This document shows positions 49,613-62,878 of a stretch of 64,000 nucleotides of DNA, piece by piece; position 1 is the first letter of the stretch, and each line of letters opens with the position of its first letter. Source of the DNA: Octopus vulgaris. Lineage: Eukaryota. The translations under genes were made by a program, and so were the position numbers. Location: positions 118,730,001 to 118,794,000 of the forward strand of contig OX597817.1 of NCBI GenBank assembly GCA_951406725.2. The letters are read 5' to 3'. The notes beneath the pieces are model-generated. The model did no database searches, was not told the origin of the DNA, and worked only from the letters and a program-made list of their open reading frames with translations.

Positions 49613-50274
49613 GATATATATAGACATATGTATACATACATACATTTATATATATATATATGTGTGTGTGTGTGCGTGCGTGCATATACATACACATATA
49701 CATTTAAATAAAGAAGTATTATTACTTTTATAGTAATAATAAGGTGGCTAGCAAGTTCACACTGTTACAGGCCCAGTACGAGGTAAATTAAAATTCAAAG
49801 GAAATATTAGCAAGTGTAAGCTGTGCATAAGGGAATCCCTTACCATCCTTAGGTGTTATGGACCACATACTCTGAATAAATTTACTGACGTGATTCCTTT
49901 TTGCATCCATAAATTTTCATCTACCTTCTTAAAAGTGTATAGGAATAAAATAAGTTGTAGCAAGTAAATAATTTAGCTCTTACAGGGAATTGAAACCGTC
50001 GAGTTTGTATTTAATTTAATGCAGCCATTTATAGAGTTAATATATAGATATAGTGTTTTTATATATAGGTAGCACAGTAGGTTTTTTATGCTAGATATAG
50101 ATCACTTTTTTTTTTCTTTTAACTGTTTTAATTCTTTCAAAAAATTTTTTTTTTTTTAATTTCGAATATTTGGGCTGGTCTAAGCATTACTTCTAAAATA
50201 AAAAACCACGCAATATCGCATTAGGTTTGGTTAAGGAGGTCTCGCCCTGGTACGTGATGTCTGCTTTTTTATTT

Positions 50275-50356
50275 TTCCCCTGACGAAGGAGTAATTATCG
50301 TGATGTACCCTCGTGCATTAAATACGGTGATGTACCTCTGAAATGGCCATAGGGAA
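50275..50356 (+). ncRNA. Type-I hammerhead ribozyme motif, best preserved in the window
   Basis: ttccc-CTGACGA-aggagtaattatcgt...acggtgatgtacctct-GAAA-tggcca-TA-gggaa: 5-bp stem I, canonical core, long imperfect stem II, palindromic stem III, AUA triplet. Confidence 0.75.
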
Positions 50357-51434
50357 TGTAAATATGGTTTCTTCTTTTTTTGCTTGGACACTGGCTGTTA
50401 ACAACAGGTTTCCCTTATCTTGAAAAGTAATTTTTAATCGAAAAAATTTCTAAACGATAAACTTTTATCTTACCTTATATATTATTTATTTATATGTTTC
50501 CTATATATATATGTATTTTTATGTATTTTTATATATCTATATATTTATATATTTCTTTATATTTTTATGTATTTATTATTCTAGATTTGTAATGTTAAAA
50601 AATATATATTTTTTTAGTCGCTAAAGTATTAATCATTAACTTTTAACCGCGATGGATTGTATTCATACATTTTTCTTATATTTTCCTTATATGCTTGTAT
50701 TGATGAGTTGTGTTTCATCTTCCGTGATTTTACGCATGTATATTCTATGTGAAAGAAAAAGCATTATGTGATTAAATGTTCGAGATATGAAATGTTACGT
50801 GGATGACCTTATATTTGTTTGTTCTGCAACCATAGTTTAATATTTATATATATATATATATAAGCGACAGATGTGGTATTAAGAGGTAATATTTGTCGCC
50901 GCTGAAACGTGGATGTCCTATTAGAACAAACTATACTGCAGTAGGTACTATCAAATTAGCTTCTGTTAAAAATGCACTCTCTTGTTTGTGTGTGTATATT
51001 CGTTATTCGCGATCGGAGCAGTATTAGTTCAAAATAGCAATTTGTACCCCATACTTATGGCGAACGTATTACACAAACTCTGCTAAACTGCAGAATTCGT
51101 CTCGAGAAAGCATATCATATAGTCGTTTAGGTTTAAAACGCATAGAAATATATCAGCAATAGACGAAAATCGTCCAACAGCGACTAAATTAGTGACATTT
51201 TAAATCACAGTCTCGCTGTTAGTGTATAGTTGCTATTGGCGAAACTCAAAGAAACAGAAATACGTATTTTGCCTTGCCACACCCGTTGCTGGACGATTTT
51301 CTTCTCCTGTGGATATATATCTGTATTTTTGAGACTGTCTCTATAAATGATGCTTTCACGAGAAGAACACCGCAGTTTAGCTATATCTGCACTAAGTGTA
51401 ATATGCTTATTGGCATATATTCTTTTATTTCTTA

Positions 51435-51653
51435 TTCTTCTTACTTGTTTCAGTCATCTGACTGCGGCCATACTGGAGCACCGCCTTTAGTCGAACAAAT
51501 CGACCCCCAGGAACCTATTCTTTGAAAGCCTAGTATTTTGTCCTATCGATCGCTTTTGCCGAGTAGCTACGTGACGGGCACGTAAAAAGTCAACACACCA
51601 AGATCGGTTGTCAAGCGAGGGGGGGGCGGATAAACACAGATACAAATAACAAA

Positions 51654-51700
<47 letters not shown>

Positions 51701-51840
51701 TGACGAGCTTCTTTCAGTTTCCATCTACCGAATTCACTCACAAGGCTTTGGTCGGCCCAAGGCTATAGTAGAAGACACTTGCCCAAGGTGCCATGTGGTT
51801 GGAAAGCAAGTGTTTTACAACACAGCCACACCTGCGCCTA
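51435..51840 (-). mobile_element. SINE family B, full length
   Basis: Colinear with the other family B copies. Confidence 0.85.
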
Positions 51841-51851
51841 TATATATATAG

Positions 51852-51881
<30 letters not shown>

Positions 51882-51882
<1 letters not shown>

Positions 51883-52155
51883 TATAATTTAGGGCATCTA
51901 CGACATGCCACCATGCTGAAAATAGCAGCCAAAATCTGACTCCAAAACCACATTAAATGTTCATGCAGCACAAGGAGAGAAGACAAAATAAACTAGCAAC
52001 AAAAAAAATTATATATATATATTTTTTTGCTAGTTTATTTTGTCATTTTGTCTTCTCTCCTTGTGCTGCATGAACATTTAATGTGGTTTTGGAGTCAGAT
52101 TTTGGCTGCTATTTTCAGCATGGCGATATTTCGTAGACACCTTACATTATAATTT
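51882..52155. repeat. Inverted repeat (~120-bp arms) around a (TA)n spacer
   Basis: 51911-51998 is the reverse complement of ~52028-52123 (with one 8-nt duplication); the outer ~30 bp are more diverged. Confidence 0.9.
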
Positions 52156-55100
52156 TAATAATTATTATTACCTTTGAAGGATTTTATTCCCATGCTGGCC
52201 ACTTGATAAGATCGATATTTAATTTAAATTAATGATCTTACCCTTATTTATATATATATATATTTATTTACATACATAAGGCAATATGTACATCACTCTT
52301 TCATTTCAATTATATTCAATGTACATATAGATAGAGATAACTCATATCCGTTCCTCAAGCATTATATCTCTGATTTCTTTATGCCTACGCGAAAGCAAAT
52401 ATTTAATTATATTTCTTGGTTTCTTTTAATAGTATGTTTTATGTCTTTTATGCCTGCCTCTGTTACCTATTTTACGCTTAGTAACACTTCATAGTTAATC
52501 CGCTTTTCTTCTTTTATTTTGTGTGTGTATTTGTGTCTATATAGGACTGAAGTTCTATTAAGTTGTTTTTTTTCGGCTGGTACTTGGGTATTTGATCTAA
52601 CATTTGAGTCTTGAAGTTAACACCTTTCAAGTTTACATTGAATTTTGTCTATTATACTCTTCCTCTAATGTCACATTATGTGGATTGCAACCCTTTGGCT
52701 TCGTATTAATCACAAAGGTTTTCTATTTTGGTACCATTGTAATATATTCTATTATTCCATGGTTATATGCAAATCACATTCTGTTCACTTCATGGGTTTC
52801 CTATAGGTATCTATTTTATAAATTGCATGCACTTTATTTATATAGTTGGTGCTTTTACTTCATGTTATATCTATAGTATCCGAGTGGGTAAGTTTGTTCT
52901 TGCATTGTCTCACAAAGTTAGGTTTTTCTTGTCTCCAAAATTATTTTATATCTGTTTGGACACATCTTTTAAATCTATCCACCTCTTCAGTCTTCCTTAC
53001 AACAAAGACGCGTTCACTGTGTCTAATATATAGAAATTGGTTTTGCATAAGAATAACTATTAGGATGTTGCGATGGAGAGTTCGAAAGTTAAAGGCCTTT
53101 CCTTTTGTTGATCCTTCTTTGGAGAGAAATAGAAAATAAAAGAAAAGCGGAAAACGAAGAAAGAAATGGAGACTTGCGTATGCATGTCACTTATGGGTTG
53201 GAAATTATTTTCTAAATAATCATTAACTGATATACTCGTGTATCCGTTTGTTTCTTCCTCTTCTTTCTTCCTCTTCTTTCTTTTTTTTTTCTTTCTTCCG
53301 ATGAAGGATCAACCACTCAAAAATGTCAGATGTTTGTTTTCCTTCCATAGGGAAATATAGCAACTTTTCAATTCTGTTATTTATTTCTTTGTTAGCATTG
53401 TTTTAAAACATACATGCATGTATACTTATATTTTTCATGCATCATCTTGTGGTGAACCTAGACACTGTTTCGAAACTTACCTTACTCAAGTGACTTTCAG
53501 TTCATTTAATCGACCTTAAGTAAACTCTGCTTCCTCGGCGGTTAACTTGAATCCAAACAGATATGTCTAAATCTTACTTTACGTACTCCTGCATCAATCC
53601 TCTTATCGCATGAACACAACTCAGCATTTTGAGAATATTTTTCTCTTAACGAAACGATATTTCGTTCGTTTCATTTGGTTTGTTTATGTTAAAATAATAA
53701 CAACAAAATGTTTAGTTGTGCTTACAACTGTCTTGTTTGTTGGTGTTAGGTGTGTACATACTAATGGAGAGCTGTCTTGCCTAAGGAACCAGCACGGTGC
53801 AGTTCTCTTTCAGAGTCTTGACCTCTTGGTAGATTGCATAATACCCTTTAAAATGTTGTATGTGTAAGTGTGCGTGCATGCACATGTGTGCATGTACTTC
53901 TGTTGGTTTCAATTATCCAATGCTGAAATCTTCAAAGTTCATGGGAGTTATATCGATTATAATGGCTGCCATATATACTCCCGTCGGAGTAGCTGTTCAA
54001 ATTATATCCAAAGTTAATAGTTATAATGTCATTTATATATATGTGTGTGTGTGTGTGTCTGTAAGTTTGAGATCTGTGTAATACTTAAAAACGTCTTTGC
54101 TATCTTTGATTTCTAAATGTCTCCGTCGTAACAATTTATCACTTACGTCGATTAAGTGTACAACTCGTTCTTAAATAACGATTTGTAAAAACAAAACAAA
54201 ACATTATTTCCGGACAATAAAACTCGCTATCTGTTCCATTGTTTAGCCTAGATGCATTTGGTCTGTCATTTGTGATGGTGTATTCATTTATCGATACCGA
54301 AAAAGTGTAAGGCAAAGTTGATCTCCAAGGGATTTGAAATTAAAAATCTCTAATGCTGCTTTCACATGCATAATAACTGTGATGATGTATTCTCCGTCAA
54401 GAGCTCGGAGAACCGGTGCGAATACCAGAAGGCATTTTGGCCGATTCTTTAATGGCTGTGCCTCTTGGCCGCTTGTGTATTAACAACTAAATTCTACGTA
54501 ATATCAGTTTGATTTTCGAGTTACCATTTTCCGCAATTATTCCTATGAGGAAACACTTGGTGGTGAAGATTGCAGCAATTCAGCGCTTTTATCATTGCAT
54601 AAATGATGTATTAAGGATTCGGCAAACTTTGGCACAGTCGGCTGAAGAAATTACTTAATTGATAAATACACATTTGTCGTACTTCTTACCGACATGAGAT
54701 ATAAAACATATAACATTATGATTTGCTATCATCACCATATCAGACCTGATCGTGGAGTTCTATGATCAAATAAATTCCATCTGAGTGTCACACTTTATTT
54801 TCAGAGAAATTGTCCAGGACGACATTATTTGGCGTGTCCTTTTTATTTCTAAAACGGTAATGCGTGGGTTTATAAGTGAATTTGGTTCCTGTTTCTAGCT
54901 ATTCAAACGTCTATGCGCGCACTCCTTCCCTGGTTCGTCATAGCCCCCTGCCTTTTTTTTGTTCTTTTTTTCATTAGGTATGCCAAGTCAGTCTCACATG
55001 CTATCGTGCTCCGATTCTTCCCAATTACATTAACGATAATGAACATGTTCAGTTTCATTTTCTAAATGAGTAAGAAGTGAATCCCAGAAGTAATTCATCT

Positions 55101-55691
55101 CTTTGTATACGTAATCGAAAAACAGAAGCAGAACAAGTTGTTTATGGCAAAGAATTGAAATTGATTGTAGATTTGATTAGATGGGAACCTTATTTCGTAA
55201 TACTCACGAAGCATCTAAACTAAATAAATCTACGCAGATAACTGGTCTCTGCTGGCGTATGGGATAGTATCTGTGATGCTATGTCGCTTATGCATCTCAC
55301 AAGACCTGTAATCAAAATAGCTATGACAACTTAATGTTGGACACAAAGTGACTTTTTTTATGGGAAATAAATCGGGAAAGCGATATTCATGCTTACCTGC
55401 CAAACGCATTTGTAGCAGAAATGCAACACAATATTTCCAATAGGAGTGGCAGTTACTTCACTGTCATGGGTTTTCGAAAGCTTACTCAATACCAAGAAAT
55501 AAATGACTATAACCTTTGTTCACAATCTTAAGGGCAAAAGTCACAGTCCTAAATCGAGAAGTGTATCCTCAACTAGGTCATCAATGACTTAAACACGTTT
55601 TATTATGTAGTGTTTAAAGAATTTTCATTATGTAGAAAGATCCTTTCTTATTAACTTTATGCAATACAGTTTCGATATTATATTTTAAGCT

Positions 55692-55908
55692 AAGGCGACG
55701 AACTGACAGAATCGTTAGCACGCCGGGCAAAAATGTTTAACGGCATTTTGTCCGTCTTCACGTTCTGAGCTGATATTCCACCGAGGTCGACTTTGCCTTT
55801 CACCCTATCGGAATCAATAAAATAAGTACAAGTTGAGCACTGGGGTTGGTATAATCGACTTACACTTTCCTCCGAAATTACTGGCCTTTTGCCCATATTT
55901 GAAACCAA
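55692..55908 (+). mobile_element. SINE family A
   Basis: 'gaactgacagaatcgttagcacgccgggc..ccgaggtcgactttgcctttcacc'. Confidence 0.8.
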
Positions 55909-57865
55909 TATTATACATTAAGCTATATGCATAAGTATATTGCGGAAATTTTTATTACAAACATATCTCGTTACATACAGGACCTGTTCAGTTAACGAAC
56001 AAGATATCTAATGGCATGTGAACTCAATTAAAATGGGATGAATGCTATCTAGGTGTTTTCCATTCTTGCATAAAAATGAATAAAAGTAAAACGATCTACA
56101 TGAAATATACATACGAAAAAGCGTGCTATATTTCATGCGGAACATTCAATTTAAGCATGGTTAAGCATGAATAGTTGTTCTTGTTCAGGCGCAGGGTGAT
56201 TGCTCTATAAGATATATAATCAAACGCGTTTCAGTCACAGTCAAACGTCTTTTTTTATTATATCTCTGATTATACTGTGAAAATGTCTGTTTTCTAAAGG
56301 TAATGGTATTTGATTCGAAGATTTGGTTGCTACTTTTACCAAATTGAACGACCATATGGGACTCTCTGTATTAAGCCATGAGGTGATTTACATTGGATGC
56401 ATATATGCTCTAGTCATTAAGTTTGCTTCGCAATCATGTATCTCGATTTCACTGCGTAGCATTTTGAATATTTTCTGCTTTTAGCTTGCTTTTAGTTGCC
56501 TCAAGCATTATGAGAAATACTGGAAAGGCAAAAACTGTGAAGCCCGCGTGGCGAAGCGTGCCTGTAATTTAAAAATCCAACTCCGTTGCCATACAGTGTG
56601 TGACTCTAATTGTCCTGAGAATTACTTTAAGCTTATAAGTGACAGTGGAATATTCAGCCAGCCACTCGTTAATTTAACCATTACGTAACTTACTTGATCA
56701 GTGATCAAAAGAGTGAATGCTCAATGAGCGTCCGATTCTAAATCATCATTATTAGATGGTTTACAGTTTGTTATGGTTCTCATTTCAAATCCTATTCAAC
56801 TTTAATTAACATTTTTGTTATTCCTCCTGATTGAATAATTGGCTTTATATCAAATGAAAAGACGGTAATTTATTAACCATTACAGCAATACTTACTCTTA
56901 CATCCAGGTGTAATGTTTAAGCATTCATTGAACAAAACTCTTCAAGAAACAAATGTACAAAATCTCCTTTCTAGTGATGATGTGACTGCAAACTTAATAT
57001 TATGAAATTAAAGAGAATGTTTAGTCGGATTTTACCGTCAAGCATTACTTATTCTTAACGAATTCAGAAATGAAGAGATTAATTACATTATTTAAATTTG
57101 AAAAATACTTTCATGCGAATATGATTTGAGTATGTGTTACCAAAAGAGAATTTGTCAATTCAACCAATCATATTGAACACTACAAAAACCAATTTCTTGT
57201 TATTTTTTGGCCTCAGATATGATTTCTACATAAGACACTTAAGATTACAATGATTTCTAACACAGGCTTAATTTGGAGGCAAATAAAATTGTCTTTCATA
57301 CAATCAGAAATATATGCTCAATACACATAGGTCAGCTGTTAAATATTCCCTTCTCAGCTAAAATATCTCTGATAATTACGTGGCTGAGTTTTCGAGCACA
57401 GTATAATACATCACATTTTCGAGCATACATAATACATCACATTTTCAAGAGATTAAAGCTATGCTGACGGCAAAATTTTTCTAAGGGGTACTATTTGCAA
57501 ACGAAATAATTTCGTTATGAAATTTTAACTGAGATATTCTTGTAATGTTGGTAGATTGACAGGGAAATGTAGATACTTAGGTTTGAAGATTGTAATCTGG
57601 AAATAATGATATAGCCAACGTCTTCCAATAGCAGTTATATTCCATATATCAGAAAAAAGTTTCTCCTATCCCAAAGTGTTATACCCAAAGTTCAGGAACA
57701 GCTTTACTGAGAACAAATCAATCAAACATTTGGGCGGTGCCCGCACAAGCCAAATATACTCAAAGATTGCAGAATCATAATAATCAGTAAAGGAAGCAAG
57801 CTTGGCTAATATAACGGCATCACAATCATTTATATAGTCATTTAGATGAAGTAGAATAATTAAAA

Positions 57866-58316
57866 TACCGGTCGTCGACTTGCGACCACAATTCGTTCCG
57901 ACTGACTGGTCGTAAGTCGATTTGGTCGTAAGTCAGCCTATAGGTCTACATAGCTTTGTTTTATATTTTTACATTCTCAAGGTACATTCTCAGGTAAAAG
58001 TCACACAGCATTCTGTATTATACCTTTATACTGGCGTTAGTCAAAAATTTTGCAGTCTCAAGCAGTCTTATAAACAAATACCAGATTGCCTCGATGTCTC
58101 CGCGACAGGATATTCATGAAACACTTAGGATAACCACAGTGGTGATCGATAACCAAACCTAGAGGAAGCGTTTGTTAGGTGACATCACCCGTAGACGGGT
58201 TGATATCTAAGAAATTAAACCCATTAAATTTCAACTGGATTATTTATTGTTGCCGGGAGCTAGTGCACCGATGGTCGTAAATCGGATAGGTCGTAAGTCG
58301 ACGACGAGCTGCAGTA
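57866..58316. mobile_element. Tigger/pogo-type MITE
   Basis: TIRs gtcgtcgacttgcgacc (57870) / ggtcgtaagtcgacgac (58289), with subterminal ggtcgtaagtc repeats; non-coding. Confidence 0.75.
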
Positions 58317-58829
58317 CATGGTGGGCATATTTTTCGAAGTTTCTCGATAATTCTTGTTCGGTAAAAGCATGTACAACAAAAATATGCCCCCTGCTGCTAC
58401 CAGAATTAACCAAAGGAGATTATTAGATTATTTGTTGGGTGTATGTATTCCAAAATGTGACAGCATGTGTGATGACTAGAAAGTCAAGAAACCAAAAAAT
58501 TAGTCGTTCTGCTAGATTTTTTTTTTCCTACTACAATTTCGACAAACATAAACAATACAATACTTTCGATCCTTCAGCCATTTGAAACGTCTTTGGAGTT
58601 AACATTCTGCTAACGTTTAAGAAAGAAGAGCGGAACTATATATAAGGAGCGTAATCTCTCAGGTACGTGACGATTTGTTTGAAAATAGAATATTATTTAG
58701 TAGTGTGAATATACACTGACAAATTGAGCGGATACTAGATACTGAAGTGAGAACAGAGGAAACTACAAGTGCAAAACGTCATTTGCTGAATCGCAATATT
58801 TCAACGACAATCACTACTATTTGAGCAGC

Positions 58830-58869
<40 letters not shown>

Positions 58870-59304
58870 AAATATAGTGGGAGAAAATTACCTGACCACA
58901 AGAGCAACATGGATGAAGTAGATCTTTAACCAGCATTGTAGACCAACGAAATTATCTAATTCATCCAGAAGCAGTTCGGAAATGACTGAAGAGAAAAGAG
59001 CACACGCATGCGTGCAGACAAACTCAAATAGATAAACGGGTAAGAGAAGGGTATGCCAGAAGATTTAACATTATAATATTAAGTGTTTGGGATTTTGCAT
59101 ATTCTGTTTTAGTAATGCTTAATTTATTCCAAATAAATTTATTCCAAATAAGTTTGAAATTATCTTTCTAGAAATTTACTGTTTTTTGGGGTTTTTTTTA
59201 ATGTCAAATGGAAAATATGATTTTTAAAATTTTATATTTCTTCAGGCAGAGATTTTGTAAATTTATCTCTGACAACTAATAAAAAGATATATATACATAT
59301 ATGA

Positions 59305-59335
<31 letters not shown>

Positions 59336-60182
59336 TTTATACATACATATATATATATATATATAATGAATTAATTGAAGTCAAGTACACTACTGAAAGT
59401 AATTTTTTTAATCAGATTTTTTTTTTAATTCAACAGTATTGTATCCAAAGTTGGCATGTCAAAACAAAAAAAATGGGGTGAGCCTGGACAGTTGATAGGC
59501 TACTGTAATTAAGAAGGAAAGATATGTGATTTCATTCATTCTCAAACTTCACAGAAAGTTCAAGCACTCCGCAAAAAGTGTCGTTTAATGCTCATTTAAC
59601 TTGCATCCCCATTCTACATCATCAACATTGTTTTATATACGTTGTGTATTGTTGGATGTATAAAGTCTTAAAGTTGTTTTATTTTCGTTTGTTATATTAT
59701 CATTTATGACTGATATTTTTTTTAACGTACATAAATTGCCACCATTGCAAATTGTACAAAATATATATCCAACAGTTGTTTTATTATTATTATCATTATT
59801 ATTATTATTATTATTATTTACATGTATGTATGTAATTTTTTGCATGTTTGTTGGAGTTGGTCAGGTTTTAATCAGGAAAATTTGCTATATGATAAATTTG
59901 AAGTTCAAGGATTTCAAAGTACTTCTCATACTTAGTAGACAAACATTCATTTTAACCCTTTACAGAATTATGGGATATTTGATTTATTTCAAGTCTTTCT
60001 TCCGCCCGCTTACATATAAACCCTGTGTATATATGTATGTATCTATGTATGGTAATATATGTGCGCATATATACACGTGTGTGAGTATGCATGTATGTAA
60101 ATATGTGTGTTTACAAATGAATCAATATTTATATATATATATATATATATTTAAAAAAAGGAGATGTCGAACACGAGTGGTG

Positions 60183-60371
60183 ATATATAAAAAAGGAAAT
60201 GAAGAAAATGCTGACAAATAATTGAAGTAATTTAAGTAATTTAATTAGGTGAATGTTCTTTTACCGGTTGCGCATTTGTTATGACATAACAAATGCGCAA
60301 CCGGTAAAAGAACATTCACCTAATTAAATTACTTAAATTACTTCAATTATTTGTCAGCATTTTCTTCATTT

Positions 60372-60385
<14 letters not shown>
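60183..60385. repeat. Perfect palindrome: 101-bp arms, 1-nt spacer (centre 60284)
   Basis: 60183-60283 is the exact reverse complement of 60285-60385; the right arm runs into (TA)n. Confidence 0.95.
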
Positions 60386-60411
<26 letters not shown>

Positions 60412-60544
60412 CCATGTATACATCTGTGCCCTTATCTAAATATAGAAACATACAGATGTATACTTAATAAAACATCTATTTACATACGAGTATGTGAGAA
60501 CATAAATGCGTAACTTTGTGTGTGAATATATATGTGCATGTATT

Positions 60545-60607
<63 letters not shown>

Positions 60608-61012
60608 TACACATTCATCCTTTAGAATATCTGGTTCAAACAATACCAAAAATTATAATCACCAAATTGTTATAACTTAAGAAAGTATAGTGATTCATTT
60701 CAATTCATTCAAGAAGTTCTAACAAGGAATGACGGGAAGTTTAATGTTCTATGTAAATGTATATACATACAAATATGCATATAAAGCGAAATGCATATAC
60801 AAGTATACATACGCACACATGTGTATTTATATATACGCAGTATATACATTTACATATATAAACATATATGTTTATGTTAATACATACATAGATCCCCACT
60901 CCCACCCAAGCAACCCCAACCCACCAACCACACATTATTTAAAACAGTTTGATTCGGTTCCGTGCTACTTCAAAATTCGCAGGGCTTCCGTAAGGGACCT
61001 GAGAAACTTGAA

Positions 61013-61060
<48 letters not shown>

Positions 61061-61284
61061 ATATACATACACACAAGATATACGTGTGCAGACGCGAGCA
61101 TGCCTCTCCCTTCTTACTCACATTTTTTGGGGTTCAGTCGCACAGCTCGAAACAATCCATCTATATAACATAAAAAAGCCTAGCAAGTGGGTCTGTTAAT
61201 TTATAGACCATCAAATGCACACATACATATATACATACATTAATGTGTGTGTGGCAGTCGTCACATTCATTTCCATATCAGCAA

Positions 61285-61361
61285 ACTCTGATGAGTGTAA
61301 GGTAATATAATCGGATTGTTAACTAACACTCCGTTGTATTTCTAGTGCGAAACCGATTAGT
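61285..61361 (+). ncRNA. Type-I hammerhead motif with extended stem II
   Basis: act-CTGATGA-g...aatataatcgga-ttgttaactaacac-tccgttgtatt...c-GAAA-ccga-TT-agt. Confidence 0.6.
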
Positions 61362-61592
61362 GAGATCAACCGTGATAAATATATAATACTGTACATTTCA
61401 GATAATATATATATTGGGTCCATATGTCGCCTTATACAAGGACCCTTTCATTACCACTATTTTGTAAAAACATATCCGGCCACAAGGGATTGTTACATCG
61501 CATGGCAACTATGAAATATTACACTTTTAAACGAAACTATATATATTTCATGAATGTATGTGTATACATACCTAAGTACATGCACACACATG

Positions 61593-61629
<37 letters not shown>

Positions 61630-61974
61630 ATGTCTTCATTTGATGTGCGCACCGTGTATGTATGTGTGTGTATTTTTATGTAAGTATGTATTTATACATA
61701 TGCATGCATGCATTTTTCAAAGACCTGCGTCCTTTTACTTTTTTTTCCAAAACGAGCAGTTATATTGAATATTTGAGTCTGAAAGATTGCTTGGCAACAC
61801 AATGCTTGAGATATAAGTTTATTGTATTTTCACAGCATGAAACTAATAGTAGCTCGAATTTAAATACTTTTTTATCATGGTCCATCCAATAACAGAACAA
61901 CAAATTGTATGTATGTATGTATGTATGTATGTATGTATGTATCTATCTATCTATCTATCTATCTATGTATGCAT

Positions 61975-62035
<61 letters not shown>

Positions 62036-62157
62036 GAATAAATACATGGAGTTTAACGCAGGTGTAATCAAATATTTTTACTTTCGACACGTTTTGCTGC
62101 CCTGGTAACTATATATTTATTTTTTTCCGTGTAAATTGTTAACACGGTAAAAATATA

Positions 62158-62191
<34 letters not shown>

Positions 62192-62457
62192 GTGTGTGTG
62201 TGTATCTATACATGTTCATATATCTGCGTTCATGTGTATGTAAAAGTTTGTGTTTATATATTTCTGCTGCATATATATAAATAAATAGATAAATAACAAA
62301 TATTCTATAATTATAAACATAAATATAATTAGGGATCAGCTAATTGCATCACCACATACCGAATTTAGAAATAGGATTTAAAAATTCATTTTACCCTTTT
62401 ATTATAAATAGATAACTAAATATATTCCTGTATCTCTTTGCACGTATATACTCTCCC

Positions 62458-62652
62458 TCTTTTACTTGTTTCAGTCATTTGACTGGAGCACCGCCTTGAG
62501 TCGAGCAAATCGACCCCAGGACTTATTCTTTGTAAGCCTAGTACTTATTCTACCGGTCTCTTTTGCCGAGCCACTAAGTTACGGGGACGTAAACACACCA
62601 GCATCGGTTGTCAAGCGATGTTGGGAGGACAAACACAGACACACAAACATAT

Positions 62653-62716
<64 letters not shown>

Positions 62717-62878
62717 CAGGCTTCTTTCAGTTTCCGTCAACCAAATCCACTCACAACGCTTTGGTCGGCCCGAGGCTATAGTAGAAGACACTTGCCCAAT
62801 GTGCCACGCAGTTGGACTGAACCCAGAACCATGTGGTTGGTAAGCAAGCTACTTACCACACAGCCACTCCTGCGCCTA
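62458..62878 (-). mobile_element. SINE family B, full length, young
   Basis: Colinear with 31146-31533; internal (TA)n. Confidence 0.9.

Noticed and set aside
53470-53570. Minus-strand exon candidate with a perfect AAG|GTAAGT donor
   Set aside because: The frames checked contain stops, the acceptor is weak, and the sequence resembles a decayed family A SINE.
57389-57448. Small ~27-bp tandem duplication; similar ones at ~38957 and ~47885
   Set aside because: Ordinary slippage duplications with no further structure.
4442-62843. Many ORFs rich in YI/CV/HT/LLL/NNN
   Set aside because: These are translations of (TA)n, (CA)n and (TAA)n microsatellites and SINE bodies.
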